From Escherichia coli (GTDB lineage: Bacteria > Pseudomonadota > Gammaproteobacteria > Enterobacterales > Enterobacteriaceae): DNA of 64,000 nucleotides. The notes under the pieces are model-generated. The model was given only the letters and a program-made list of their open reading frames with translations, had not been told where the DNA came from and made no database searches. Made by a program: the position numbers and the translations under genes. Below, in pieces: positions 23,975-37,167 of this stretch (within the stretch, counting starts at the first letter, position 1; the number at the start of each line of letters is the position of its first letter). The DNA is taken from the NCBI RefSeq assembly GCF_009931435.1, contig NZ_CP043414.1, one strand, 5' to 3'.

Positions 23975-24298
23975 ATGATGAAAAAAATAATTCCCGCCGT
24001 AGTCTGTTTGTTGCTTTGTAGTTGCACGACCTTTCCGCAAGCTGTCGCTCCGGCAGGGAAAGATTACGAAAGCCCGCTCCCCGCAAGGACTGACGCCAGA
24101 TACTTTCTGTCCATGGCTGCTTTTCGCATCTTACGTCTTAACCCTGCCTTGAATACCTTATCATTCGTTAAAATATTAATAGCGATGTGCCGTATCCCTG
24201 AAAATAATTCTGCGGCGTTTCCTCTTCGTATTTTGCAGTCGTCTTCATTCATTACCACGTCCAGACGCCAGTGCAGCTTATTCTCCACGTGCCAGTGA
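23975..24298 (+). other. ORF with lipoprotein-like N-terminus running into the antisense strand of the H-repeat element; probably a truncated or chimeric gene
   Basis: MMKKIIPAVVCLLLCSCTTF lipobox-like start 3 nt after yiiX stop; downstream part is antisense to the transposase pseudogene. Confidence 0.25.
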
Positions 24299-25199
24299 TT
24301 TCGGATCGCTGTGGCGAACTTTTCTGCGGTTAAATCAGCAGAACTGATATAATATCTGACCGTCATTTCTGGCTCTTTCTTTTGTTCTGCTATTATTGAC
24401 CGAAAGGAGAATGCCACGCATAATTTCTTCAGTCCTTTCCATTCAAACGTGAAATCAATAAGTTCATCACGGACATCGCAAACAATATGAAGACGGATTT
24501 CTTCTCTGCCGTGACTCTTTTCACTCATTGCGTAACTGTCATGCTCTGGATTATTTAATTCTTTCAGCGGAAATTTTTCCTCGAAGGCTTTATTTAGCCG
24601 CCCCTGATTTCCTTTTACAGAGAATAAATAATCACCTCCCTGTTTTTGTATCTTCTCTGCAATATCTTTCTGGCAACCCATCGCATCAGTTGTGATAATT
24701 TTTCCTTTATATCCAGCATGTTAAGAAGTTCAGGGATAGCAGTAATCTCATTGGATTTCTCATCCGTCTTGATCTGTCCGATGACCAGACTGTGCATTGT
24801 TGAGAACGCACTAATGACATGAATCGCTCCCCTGCGGCGACTCTTGTCATAAGAATGCCGGAGTGTTTTTCCATCAATTGCGATGACGTCTTTATCATCT
24901 GAAGTATGGCAATCTCGCATCCAGTTAATAAAGCACTCGTGAAATTTTGAAGGACTGATACAGGATACAACTCTGGCGATGGTATCGTGAACAGGAATAC
25001 CATTTTCAAAATCACCATATTGTTTTAAAAAATCGCGATGTGCTTCCCCAAAATCCTCTATATGTTCCCAGCCTTCTGCACCAGAAATAACGGCACAAAT
25101 AGTCAACAGTAGAATATCCGACAATTTATGTTTCACTTTTGCAGGATTGTCTGCAATCGGGAATAACAGAAATATGTTCCATCAATTTTTTAAGTTCCA
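24064..25199 (-). pseudogene. ISAs1-family (H-repeat-associated) transposase, disrupted by frameshifts
   Basis: Three pieces ([11 protein letters not shown]... from 25199; 173-aa ORF 24615-25136; 205-aa ORF 24064-24681) are jointly collinear with the ~378-aa E. coli H-rpt protein (YhhI-like) as recalled. Confidence 0.8.
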
Positions 25200-25350
25200 T
25201 TCTTTTCTCCTTAATTATGTAAGGAGTATTTGATCATGTATAAGCAATAAAAAAACAGCTTCAGGCAATGAGGAATATCTCAATTTTTAAACATAAAATG
25301 CGAATTGTTTAGTACAAAAAAGCAGCGTTAAGTGATCTTTCCCTGTCGGC

Positions 25351-25665
25351 ATGTTGACCACTGACGAATGGGGTAGTTACGCTAGAGAGTTACCAAAGGA
25401 GAAGCATCTGACTGGTAAGATTTTTACTCAGCATATTGAGCGTAACAATCTGACCCTGAGAACCCGAATCAAACGTCTGGCCCGCAGAACCATCTGTTTC
25501 TCGCGTTCTGTAGAACTTCATGAAAAAGTCATCGGTGCTTTTATCGAAAATATATGTTCTACTAATTGGAGTCATCACCCTTCTGATGAGCTTTCCTTGG
25601 ATGATTACCAGACTGAATACATAGCCAAAGATTTTTACCTCATTCTGCTTTTTTTTCTCAAATGA
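25351..25665 (+). pseudogene. IS1-family InsB-like transposase C-terminal fragment
   Basis: TDEWGSY...FTQHIERNNLTLRTRIKRLARRTICFSRSVELHEKVIG parallels the IS1 InsB C-terminus (TDGWPLY...[38 protein letters not shown]); the N-terminal catalytic part is missing. Confidence 0.6.
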
Positions 25666-25958
25666 CATATATTATATTTTATATCATATTCATAGGCATA
25701 TGACATTCCCCCGCCCCCCATTATGTCATTGTGGGTTGATGTTGGGCTTTCATAAAAAAATACATCTTTTTTTGAACTAGCATTAATTATATTTACTTTA
25801 TATATTAAAATATTTTCTCCATCTGGAAATATTTTAGCCACACAATATAAAGCAGCTAAATCCGAATTACTTAAAAATATATTGTCATCACTCATAACTC
25901 CAGCCATTAAATGACTGGAGACTAAAGCAAGGAAATAACAACATTGTATTACCTTCAT
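25635..25958 (-). CDS. Candidate Rhs immunity protein
   Basis: ATG 2 nt after the rhs stop (TAA-a-ATG coupling); 107 aa from MKVIQCCYFLALVSSHLMAG (hydrophobic, signal-like N-terminus); strongly AT-rich. Confidence 0.5.
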   Translation of the reverse strand: MKVIQCCYFLALVSSHLMAGVMSDDNIFLSNSDLAALYCVAKIFPDGENILIYKVNIINASSKKDVFFYESPTSTHNDIMGGGGMSYAYEYDIKYNICHLRKKSRMR

Positions 25959-25959
25959 T

Positions 25960-28900
25960 TTAATTACTCCCTTGCCTGATAATTGTAACTCCATTCCCTT
26001 TAGCTTTGGGATTATATTTTAGATAGGTGTTATTTGGTGTTCCCAAGTAACTACTGTATTCTTTTTTTCCCATTCCATTCATATAAGAATTCGTTAAATC
26101 TTTGCTTGAAAAATTTAGACTATCATAAACATCATTTTCTTTTGTTACTTTATTTCCTTTATCGTCAGAGTAAAAACCGTGAGTGTGATAATCGCCTACT
26201 CTCTCTGAACCTTCAGGGCATTTTATATTTCGCAAGTCTACACTATCATTATCATTTGAACTTATCGGATTCATGGGGAAATATTCACCTTGCTTCTTAC
26301 ATATTAGTCCACCATATTCTTTATTCTCGTTAATTGATTCTCCATTACACATTGCCAATGCAAATATTCCAATATCATCTATATTTTTTGATTTAAATTC
26401 ATATAATCCTAATGGATCCATGCCATTCACCGGGCTCAGCGGATATGTATACAGGTTCCATCCCCCCTTCAGCCCAATCGGATCCTGAGTGATATACCGC
26501 CCCTGCAGCGGGTCATAATAGCGGTGGCGGTTGTAATACAGGCCGGACTCCTCATCATACTGCTGACCCGGCAGGCGGATGAGCTGCTGCAGCTGGTGCG
26601 GGTTCTCTTCATTCAGCAGGTTGCCCCATTCATCGTATTCTGCGCACCATTCTGTTGCCCCTTCCGTGCTGATAAGCACCAGCGGCAGGCCGCGATGGTC
26701 GCAGTGGTACAGGTGGATTTTTCGCGCCGGCGTGTACACCGGTTCCATCTGGTTTTGCATCTGCGCCACCGTCAGGCCGCACGATGCCAGCCAGCGGCGG
26801 CTTTCCTCACTCACCCGGTCAGCCAGGATTTCACTTTCCAGCCGGTCGAGCATCTGCACCAGCACCGGCGGGAACACCACACTGCCACCGTCTTCGCCGC
26901 CGGACTGCTGAAGCGCATCCGCCAGGCTGCGGCGCTGCGTTTTCGCCAGCTCACCGGTGGCGGTTTCGACCCTGATGAGTGGCGTGAAGCTCCCCGGCTG
27001 ATAAACCGTCTGGATGCGGGTTCTGTCGTTCTGTATCGTGGTCAGCCGGTCGCCGTCCCAGCCGTACCAGGTCACTTCCGGTTTCCGTGACAGCGACATC
27101 CAGCCCGTCAGGTCCCGTTCACGCCGCCACACCCGTTTTGCCACCCTGCGGCCCAGCGGGTCGTAAAGATAGCGACTTTCGACCAGCGGCTCTGCATATT
27201 GTGTCCGCGTGTAGTGCACCAGCCGGTGCCGGCTGTCGTAATGGTACCGGTGAGTCCGCTCATCATCCGTGCGGATAACCCCTTCCGGGATGAGGTCGGT
27301 TTTCTCTGTCAGCCTGCCGTGACGGTCATACCGGTAAAGATAGTGCGCGTCACGGGCGATACGGTTATCCGGCCACATGCTGAGGGTGCTGTCCGGGTGC
27401 AGCTCCGGGTCGGGCAGGCGGTTACCTGCCGGGTCCGTGGCATACGGGATGCGGATATCCAGATTCGCTGCGGTGGTGTGAACGCCGGTCAGCCTGCCGG
27501 TGGTGCTGTAGCTGTAACTCCGGGTCTGGCGCGGGCTGCTGATGCGAATGAGTTCGCCGTTGTCGTTCCAGGTGTAATCGCGGTCATACTGCAGGCTGTT
27601 CAGGTGCTGGCTCTGTAACTGCCCGGCAGGGGTGTAAGCGGTGGTGAGTTCATAACGGCCGAAGCTGCGCAGCGTTTCCCGGTGCAGGCGGTCGCGGGTG
27701 AAATCCACCAGCGGTGTGTCGCCGAGTTTCATCCCTGCCAGGTAACCACTGCCATAAGTCAGCCATTCCACGGCGGGCAGGCTGTCCGGTATACAGCGGT
27801 TCGCCAGCCCCTGCGCGTTGTACGCATGTCTGGTTTCATGCTGCCAGAGCAGTGCTTCCGTCTGCGGGTGATGCACCGTCTGGCGCTCACCGGTCAGGCG
27901 GCCTTTCTCATCATACCCGTAATGCACCGTCACCCGGTGCCCTTCGCTGAGATGGCTGATGCCTGTCAGCCAGCCGCGTTCGTCGTACCGCCACTGTTCT
28001 GCGGTTTCACCATTCACCGTTCGCTGCGTGATGCGGTCTGCTTCGTCATAGTGCCAGTGGGTGACCAGTCCCTCATCCTCGCTGCGGATAAGTTTGCCGG
28101 TCAGGTCGTGGTGATAACGCTGTGTGCGGCCGTCAAAGCCGGTTTCCTGTATCAGCCGGTCGAGTACATCGTAACGGAAGGTGGTGTGGCTGCCGTTTTC
28201 GTTTGTCAGGCGGATGACCCGTCCTGCAGCATCGTATTCCATACTGCGGGTCAGCCCGCCCTGCGTGGTACGGACGGCCTTTCCCCACGCATCGTACTGT
28301 GCCCCGTATCTGCTGCCGTCCGGGGCAATGACGGTGGTCAGGTCACCGGCGGCGTTGTATTCATACCGCGTTTCATGGCCCTGCGTGTCTTTCACCGCAA
28401 TTAACTGTCCATGGCTGTCGTATGCGCGGCACTGGCTCAGGCCTTCCTCGCGGTGCACCGCCGTCATCTGCCCGAAGCGGTCATGGTCATAACGGGTCTG
28501 GTAGCCGGAACAGTCGGTGAAGGTCAGCAACTGACCGTAACGGCTCCACGTCATGGTTTTCCGGCTGCCGGTGGCATCTTCCGTTGCGCAGGGGAAGTCA
28601 CTGTGTGGATTATCATAACGGTAGCGGATGATATCGCCGTCAGGGGCAGTTTCCTGAATCAGACGGCCGGATTCATCATATTCCCGGCGTATTTCCAGCC
28701 CGTCAGGCCCGGTGGCTGACGTTAACTGGTTGTGGTGGTTATAGTAAAACGCCGATGCCCTGCCATCCGGCGTGGTGATGCGCGTGATGAGTCCCGTCAC
28801 CACATCCGGGCTGTATTCTGTTGTCCGGCCTGCGGCATCCGTCTGTGTCCTGAGCCTGCCCACCGCGTCAAACTGACTCTGCGTGACGCTGCCGTCCGCG

Positions 28901-30144
28901 TGTTCCTTTTTCACCACCCGCTTCAGCCCGCCTTCGCCTGCGGTATGCAGGACTTCATGGCGGTCCAGGCTGTCGGTGATGGTGATGCGGTCTTTCTCAT
29001 ACTGATACGTGTAGCTTAAGCCTGCCGGGTTTAGCTGTTCTGTCACCCGCCCGTCGCTGTCGTAACGGTAACGGATTTCCGGCCGGCCCGTGTGACGGTG
29101 CGCCACCATCCGGCCCCGGTATTTATCATCGTAAGTAAAGCTGCGCACCTGTGTATTGCTGCGGTCATACACCGCCGCCAGTTCGCCGCGCGGCGTCCAG
29201 CCATAGCGCACCAGCGGCGTGGCTGGCAGGTTGTCCGGGTATTCCGGGTCGTGCGTCAGCCACACGGCAGACAGACGGATACCGTTGTCCCGGCCATATT
29301 CCGTGTAGTCCGGCAGGGTATCAGGAAAAGCGGACTGTTCCGCCCCGCCGGAAGAGGCCTGCTGCCGGGCCTCTTCTGCCCGCTGCGCCTGCGTGGTCAG
29401 TGCCAGCCGGAAGTGACGCCCGGCACCATCCGTCACGCCGGTGATTTCGCCGCTGAATTCACCGGCGGCTTCGCGGTGAAACGTCTGTGTGCGCCCGAAG
29501 CGGTCCACCAGCCCGGTCAGTACCCGGTACGGCGGCAGCGGCGCGGGCAGCACCTCATCCGCCTCCGGCACCCGCTCACACCAGCCGAGTACCCACCACG
29601 GCCCCTGCGGACTGTTCGTCGCCAGATAACGATGCGGACTCAGGCGAAGCTCTTCCGGCAGCGCCTGCCAGAGTGCGGCCAGCCGGTGACCTTCATCCAG
29701 TCTCAGGACGCCGCCGCGCACCAGCCAGAGTGACTCGCTGCGGCTGTAACCGTCCTCACCGGGAAACAGGTGCTCAAAATACAGGCTTCTGCCGCCGTTA
29801 TCACTGAGTATCAGTGTGTTATCGCGCAGCTGTAAGCGGATATCCGCAGGCATTTTCCAGCCGGGGCCGAGAATACCCACCGGCGCGGGCGTTTTTGTCC
29901 GGTAACTGCTGTACGTGCGGGAGAGGATGAACGGCAGCGGTCCGGGCAGGGCAATGTCTGTCTCGCCGGGAAGGACCTTTGCACCGAGCAGGGGATTGAC
30001 CGGATGGCCGGACGTCACCCCGCCGGGGCACACCGAACAGGCCACGCCGGTGGGGGCACCAATACGTACCCCGGCTGAACCCTGAACAATGCTACCGCCA
30101 TACTGCGTCATGTCGCCCTGACGCGCCGCCGGTTTTCCGCTCAT
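25960..30144 (-). CDS. Rhs-family protein with variable C-terminal toxin domain
   Basis: 1394 aa; N-terminus [23 protein letters not shown] typical of E. coli RhsA/B/C-class; YD repeats; DPLGL boundary motif then a 147-aa AT-rich C-terminal tip. Confidence 0.9.
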   Translation of the reverse strand: MSGKPAARQGDMTQYGGSIVQGSAGVRIGAPTGVACSVCPGGVTSGHPVNPLLGAKVLPGETDIALPGPLPFILSRTYSSYRTKTPAPVGILGPGWKMPADIRLQLRDNTLILSDNGGRSLYFEHLFPGEDGYSRSESLWLVRGGVLRLDEGHRLAALWQALPEELRLSPHRYLATNSPQGPWWVLGWCERVPEADEVLPAPLPPYRVLTGLVDRFGRTQTFHREAAGEFSGEITGVTDGAGRHFRLALTTQAQRAEEARQQASSGGAEQSAFPDTLPDYTEYGRDNGIRLSAVWLTHDPEYPDNLPATPLVRYGWTPRGELAAVYDRSNTQVRSFTYDDKYRGRMVAHRHTGRPEIRYRYDSDGRVTEQLNPAGLSYTYQYEKDRITITDSLDRHEVLHTAGEGGLKRVVKKEHADGSVTQSQFDAVGRLRTQTDAAGRTTEYSPDVVTGLITRITTPDGRASAFYYNHHNQLTSATGPDGLEIRREYDESGRLIQETAPDGDIIRYRYDNPHSDFPCATEDATGSRKTMTWSRYGQLLTFTDCSGYQTRYDHDRFGQMTAVHREEGLSQCRAYDSHGQLIAVKDTQGHETRYEYNAAGDLTTVIAPDGSRYGAQYDAWGKAVRTTQGGLTRSMEYDAAGRVIRLTNENGSHTTFRYDVLDRLIQETGFDGRTQRYHHDLTGKLIRSEDEGLVTHWHYDEADRITQRTVNGETAEQWRYDERGWLTGISHLSEGHRVTVHYGYDEKGRLTGERQTVHHPQTEALLWQHETRHAYNAQGLANRCIPDSLPAVEWLTYGSGYLAGMKLGDTPLVDFTRDRLHRETLRSFGRYELTTAYTPAGQLQSQHLNSLQYDRDYTWNDNGELIRISSPRQTRSYSYSTTGRLTGVHTTAANLDIRIPYATDPAGNRLPDPELHPDSTLSMWPDNRIARDAHYLYRYDRHGRLTEKTDLIPEGVIRTDDERTHRYHYDSRHRLVHYTRTQYAEPLVESRYLYDPLGRRVAKRVWRRERDLTGWMSLSRKPEVTWYGWDGDRLTTIQNDRTRIQTVYQPGSFTPLIRVETATGELAKTQRRSLADALQQSGGEDGGSVVFPPVLVQMLDRLESEILADRVSEESRRWLASCGLTVAQMQNQMEPVYTPARKIHLYHCDHRGLPLVLISTEGATEWCAEYDEWGNLLNEENPHQLQQLIRLPGQQYDEESGLYYNRHRYYDPLQGRYITQDPIGLKGGWNLYTYPLSPVNGMDPLGLYEFKSKNIDDIGIFALAMCNGESINENKEYGGLICKKQGEYFPMNPISSNDNDSVDLRNIKCPEGSERVGDYHTHGFYSDDKGNKVTKENDVYDSLNFSSKDLTNSYMNGMGKKEYSSYLGTPNNTYLKYNPKAKGNGVTIIRQGSN

Positions 30145-30262
30145 CGTAAAATCCTTTTAAAATAAATAAGAACCAGAAGCCTAGCGCCAGTCAACAACAG
30201 GAAATGATAATGAGTTAACACCCCGGAATTTTTCAGAATTTATAAAAGGCAAATTACAGGCA

Positions 30263-30290
30263 CAAAAAAAGCGCCGTGCGGCGCTTTTTT
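30263..30290 (-). terminator. rpmE intrinsic terminator
   Basis: AAAAAAAGCGCCGTGCGGCGCTTTTTT, a symmetric hairpin with U-tract just 3' of rpmE. Confidence 0.6.
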
Positions 30291-30303
30291 CGGAAATCCG
30301 GTC

Positions 30304-30555
<252 letters not shown>

Positions 30556-30559
30556 CTAA

Positions 30560-32917
<2,358 letters not shown>

Positions 32918-33072
32918 TGCGCAAACGATGCGAGGCGGATCGAAAAATTCAATATTCATCACACTTTTCATGAAAATTCTGTAACCGTTTTCACGCGCTA
33001 TCTGCTAAAAATGTTGCCGATGTGAAGTAAACATGGAAGTAGTACGCCTGCCGTGCCGGGCGAGGAGTGAGT

Positions 33073-34098
33073 GTGAAAGCGAAGAAGCAGGAAACTGCCG
33101 CGACCATGAAAGACGTTGCCCTGAAGGCAAAAGTCTCTACAGCGACCGTCTCCCGAGCATTAATGAATCCCGATAAAGTCTCCCAGGCCACCCGTAATCG
33201 GGTTGAAAAAGCGGCCCGGGAAGTAGGTTATTTGCCGCAGCCTATGGGGCGCAACGTCAAGCGTAATGAATCCCGTACCATTCTGGTGATTGTCCCGGAT
33301 ATCTGCGATCCCTTCTTTAGCGAAATTATTCGCGGTATCGAAGTTACGGCGGCAAATCACGGATATCTGGTGCTGATTGGCGACTGTGCGCATCAAAATC
33401 AGCAGGAAAAAACCTTTATCGATTTGATTATCACCAAGCAAATTGATGGCATGTTGCTGCTGGGTTCAAGGCTGCCGTTTGATGCCAGCATTGAGGAACA
33501 GCGTAATCTGCCGCCGATGGTGATGGCGAACGAATTTGCGCCGGAACTGGAGCTGCCTACAGTTCATATCGACAATTTGACCGCGGCATTTGATGCAGTA
33601 AATTATTTATATGAGCAAGGTCATAAACGGATTGGCTGTATAGCCGGTCCCGAAGAGATGCCGCTGTGTCACTACCGCCTGCAAGGCTACGTTCAGGCGC
33701 TGCGTCGCTGCGGCATTATGGTTGATCCGCAATACATCGCCCGGGGCGACTTCTCCTTTGAAGCCGGAAGCAACGCGATGCAACAGCTGCTTGCTCTTCC
33801 GCAACCGCCTACTGCTGTCTTCTGCCATAGCGATGTAATGGCGCTCGGCGCACTTTCTCAGGCAAAACGCCAGGGGCTGAAAGTCCCGGATGATCTGTCC
33901 ATAATCGGTTTTGATAACATCGACCTGACGCAATTTTGTGATCCGCCGCTGACAACCATCGCGCAGCCGCGTTACGAAATCGGTCGGGAAGCTATGCTGT
34001 TATTGCTTGATCAAATGCAGGGGCAACACGTTGGCAGTGGCTCTCGTTTAATGGACTGCGAACTTATCATCCGGGGATCAACGCGCGCGTTACCTTAA
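33073..34098 (+). CDS. cytR: LacI-family transcriptional repressor CytR
   Basis: GTG start, 341 aa (KAKKQETAATMKDVALKAKVSTATVSRAL HTH). Confidence 0.88.
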   Translation: MKAKKQETAATMKDVALKAKVSTATVSRALMNPDKVSQATRNRVEKAAREVGYLPQPMGRNVKRNESRTILVIVPDICDPFFSEIIRGIEVTAANHGYLVLIGDCAHQNQQEKTFIDLIITKQIDGMLLLGSRLPFDASIEEQRNLPPMVMANEFAPELELPTVHIDNLTAAFDAVNYLYEQGHKRIGCIAGPEEMPLCHYRLQGYVQALRRCGIMVDPQYIARGDFSFEAGSNAMQQLLALPQPPTAVFCHSDVMALGALSQAKRQGLKVPDDLSIIGFDNIDLTQFCDPPLTTIAQPRYEIGREAMLLLLDQMQGQHVGSGSRLMDCELIIRGSTRALP

Positions 34099-34189
34099 AG
34101 TAAACCTTTAAGACTGCCGTGACTGGTCAAAGGCCCGCCGCTTAAGTAACATGGCGGGCTGACGAACGAATAAATACAGCGAAACGATA

Positions 34190-35137
34190 GTGGCACAACG
34201 AGATTATGTACGCCGCAGCCAACCGGCACCTTCGCGGCGAAAAAAAAGCACCTCACGGAAAAAGCAACGAAATCTGCCTGCGGTTTCTCCCGCAATGGTC
34301 GCTATTGCTGCCGCCGTTCTTGTGACCTTTATCGGTGGTCTGTACTTCATTACGCATCACAAGAAAGAAGAGTCCGAGACGCTGCAAAGCCAGAAAGTGA
34401 CCGGAAACGGATTACCACCGAAACCAGAAGAACGCTGGCGCTACATTAAAGAGCTGGAAAGTCGCCAGCCGGGTGTGCGTGCACCAACAGAACCTTCTGC
34501 CGGTGGTGAAGTGAAAACGCCGGAGCAACTGACACCAGAACAACGTCAGCTTCTTGAACAAATGCAGGCTGATATGCGCCAGCAGCCAACGCAGCTGGTT
34601 GAAGTTCCGTGGAATGAACAGACGCCGGAACAGCGTCAGCAAACGCTTCAACGTCAGGCACAACAGCGTCAGATTCAGGCGGCTCAACAGCAGCAGCGTC
34701 AGGCTGAGCAGGCATATCAACAACCGCGTACCGCGCAAGCGCAGCAACCACCGCGCCAGACGCAGCAGACTCGCCAGGCGGCTCAGCAGCCGTACCAGGA
34801 TCTCCTGCAAACGCCAGCACACACTGCCGCGGCGCAGCCGAAGTCACAGCAAGTCGCGCCTGTTAGCCGGGCCGCTGACGCGCCAAAACCGACGGCGGAG
34901 AAAAAAGACGAACGCCGCTGGATGGTGCAGTGCGGTTCGTTCAGAGGCGCGGAACAGGCAGAGACGGTACGTGCTCAGCTGGCGTTTGAAGGCTTTGACT
35001 CGAAAATTACCACCAACAATGGCTGGAATCGTGTGGTGATTGGCCCGATTAAAGGGAAAGAAAATGCCGACGGCACCCTGAATCGCCTGAAGATGGCGGG
35101 TCATACAAACTGTATTCGACTCGCTACCGGGGGTTGA
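34190..35137 (+). CDS. ftsN: Cell division protein FtsN
   Basis: 315 aa; basic N-terminus, TM segment, Q-rich linker, C-terminal SPOR domain. Confidence 0.9.
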   Translation: MAQRDYVRRSQPAPSRRKKSTSRKKQRNLPAVSPAMVAIAAAVLVTFIGGLYFITHHKKEESETLQSQKVTGNGLPPKPEERWRYIKELESRQPGVRAPTEPSAGGEVKTPEQLTPEQRQLLEQMQADMRQQPTQLVEVPWNEQTPEQRQQTLQRQAQQRQIQAAQQQQRQAEQAYQQPRTAQAQQPPRQTQQTRQAAQQPYQDLLQTPAHTAAAQPKSQQVAPVSRAADAPKPTAEKKDERRWMVQCGSFRGAEQAETVRAQLAFEGFDSKITTNNGWNRVVIGPIKGKENADGTLNRLKMAGHTNCIRLATGG

Positions 35138-35163
35138 AACCCTCAAAATCCCCCCCATCTATA
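35134..35163 (+). promoter_or_regulatory. Sigma-32 heat-shock promoter of hslVU
   Basis: TTGAAA ... CCCCATCTA with about 13-bp spacing, close to the sigma-32 consensus, about 70 bp upstream of hslV. Confidence 0.55.
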
Positions 35164-35229
35164 ATTGCATTATGCCCCGTACTTTTGTACGGGGTTTGTA
35201 CTCTGTATTCGTAACCAAGGGGTCAGCTC

Positions 35230-35760
35230 GTGACAACTATAGTAAGCGTACGCCGTAACGGCCATGTGGTCATCGCTGGTGATGGTCAGGCCACGTTGGG
35301 CAATACCGTAATGAAAGGTAACGTGAAAAAGGTCCGCCGTCTGTACAACGACAAAGTCATCGCGGGCTTTGCGGGCGGTACTGCGGATGCTTTTACGCTG
35401 TTCGAACTGTTTGAACGTAAACTGGAAATGCATCAGGGCCATCTGGTCAAAGCCGCCGTTGAGCTGGCAAAAGACTGGCGTACCGATCGCATGTTACGCA
35501 AACTTGAAGCACTGCTGGCAGTCGCGGATGAAACCGCTTCACTGATCATCACCGGTAACGGTGACGTGGTGCAGCCAGAAAACGATCTTATTGCTATCGG
35601 CTCCGGCGGCCCTTACGCCCAGGCTGCGGCGCGCGCGCTGTTAGAAAACACTGAACTAAGCGCCCGTGAAATTGCTGAAAAGGCGTTGGATATTGCAGGC
35701 GACATTTGCATCTATACCAACCATTTCCACACCATCGAAGAATTAAGCTACAAAGCGTAA
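35230..35760 (+). CDS. hslV: ATP-dependent protease subunit HslV
   Basis: 176 aa, N-terminal Thr ([11 protein letters not shown]). Confidence 0.95.
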
Positions 35761-35769
35761 GGATCTCCC

Positions 35770-37101
35770 ATGTCTGAAATGACCCCACGCGAAATCGTCA
35801 GCGAACTGGATAAACACATCATCGGCCAGGATAACGCCAAGCGTTCCGTGGCGATTGCACTGCGTAACCGCTGGCGTCGCATGCAGCTTAACGAAGAGCT
35901 GCGCCATGAAGTGACCCCGAAAAATATCCTGATGATCGGCCCGACCGGTGTCGGTAAAACTGAAATCGCTCGTCGTCTGGCTAAGCTGGCGAATGCGCCG
36001 TTCATTAAAGTTGAAGCGACCAAATTCACCGAAGTGGGCTATGTAGGTAAGGAAGTGGATTCTATTATCCGCGATCTGACCGATGCCGCCGTGAAAATGG
36101 TACGCGTCCAGGCTATTGAGAAAAACCGTTATCGCGCTGAAGAACTGGCAGAAGAACGTATTCTCGACGTGCTGATCCCACCGGCTAAAAACAACTGGGG
36201 ACAGACCGAACAACAGCAGGAACCGTCCGCTGCTCGTCAGGCATTCCGCAAAAAACTGCGTGAAGGCCAGCTCGATGACAAAGAAATCGAGATCGATCTT
36301 GCCGCAGCACCGATGGGCGTTGAAATTATGGCGCCTCCGGGAATGGAAGAGATGACCAGCCAGCTGCAGTCCATGTTCCAGAACCTGGGTGGTCAGAAAC
36401 AAAAAGCGCGTAAGCTGAAAATCAAAGACGCCATGAAGCTGCTGATTGAAGAAGAAGCGGCGAAACTGGTGAATCCGGAAGAGCTGAAGCAAGACGCTAT
36501 CGACGCCGTTGAACAGCACGGGATCGTGTTTATCGACGAAATCGACAAAATCTGTAAGCGCGGCGAGTCTTCCGGTCCGGATGTTTCTCGTGAAGGTGTT
36601 CAGCGTGACCTGCTGCCGCTGGTAGAAGGTTGCACCGTTTCCACCAAACACGGGATGGTCAAAACTGACCACATTCTGTTTATCGCTTCTGGCGCGTTCC
36701 AGATTGCGAAACCGTCTGACCTGATCCCGGAACTGCAAGGTCGTCTGCCAATCCGCGTTGAACTGCAGGCACTGACCACCAGCGACTTCGAGCGTATTCT
36801 GACCGAGCCGAATGCCTCTATCACCGTGCAGTACAAAGCACTGATGGCAACTGAGGGCGTAAATATTGAGTTTACCGACTCCGGTATTAAGCGCATCGCG
36901 GAAGCAGCATGGCAGGTGAACGAATCTACCGAAAACATCGGTGCTCGTCGTTTACATACTGTTCTGGAGCGTTTAATGGAAGAGATTTCCTACGACGCCA
37001 GCGATTTAAGCGGTCAAACTATCACTATTGACGCAGATTATGTGAGCAAACATCTGGATGCGTTGGTGGCAGATGAAGATCTGAGCCGTTTTATCCTATA
37101 A
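35770..37101 (+). CDS. hslU: ATP-dependent protease ATPase subunit HslU
   Basis: 443 aa, Walker A GPTGVGKT. Confidence 0.95.
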
Positions 37102-37130
37102 TCGCGTTCAATCATTTTCATCATTGTTTG

Positions 37131-37155
37131 ATGGGGCTGAAAGGCCCCATTTTTA
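37131..37155 (+). terminator. hslVU intrinsic terminator
   Basis: GGGGCTGAAAGGCCCC followed by ATTTTTATT. Confidence 0.6.
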
Positions 37156-37167
37156 TTGGCGCGTATT

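Larger units (their letters stand above)
23972..30262 (-). mobile_element. Rhs accessory element (rhs core, CT/immunity pair, IS1-like fragment, H-repeat pseudogene) inserted between yiiX and rpmE
   Basis: yiiX and rpmE are adjacent in the K-12 order as recalled; GC-rich rhs core and AT-rich tip are seen in the sequence. Confidence 0.6.

Noticed and set aside
26034-30031. Many ORFs of 60-240 aa on the plus strand and in other frames inside the rhs core (for example 26524-27090, 27682-28404, 29092-29733)
   Set aside because: They lie antisense to, or out of frame within, the GC-rich rhs coding sequence, where high GC suppresses stop codons. Their products are Arg/Pro/Ala-rich low-complexity sequence with no start-site context.
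25960-30144. Possibility that the Rhs protein is a T6SS effector with linked vgrG/hcp/PAAR genes
   Set aside because: No vgrG, hcp or other T6SS genes are present in the window. rhs is flanked directly by rpmE and by IS remnants, as in classical E. coli Rhs elements.
35743-36738. 331-aa minus-strand ORF
   Set aside because: It is entirely antisense to hslU.
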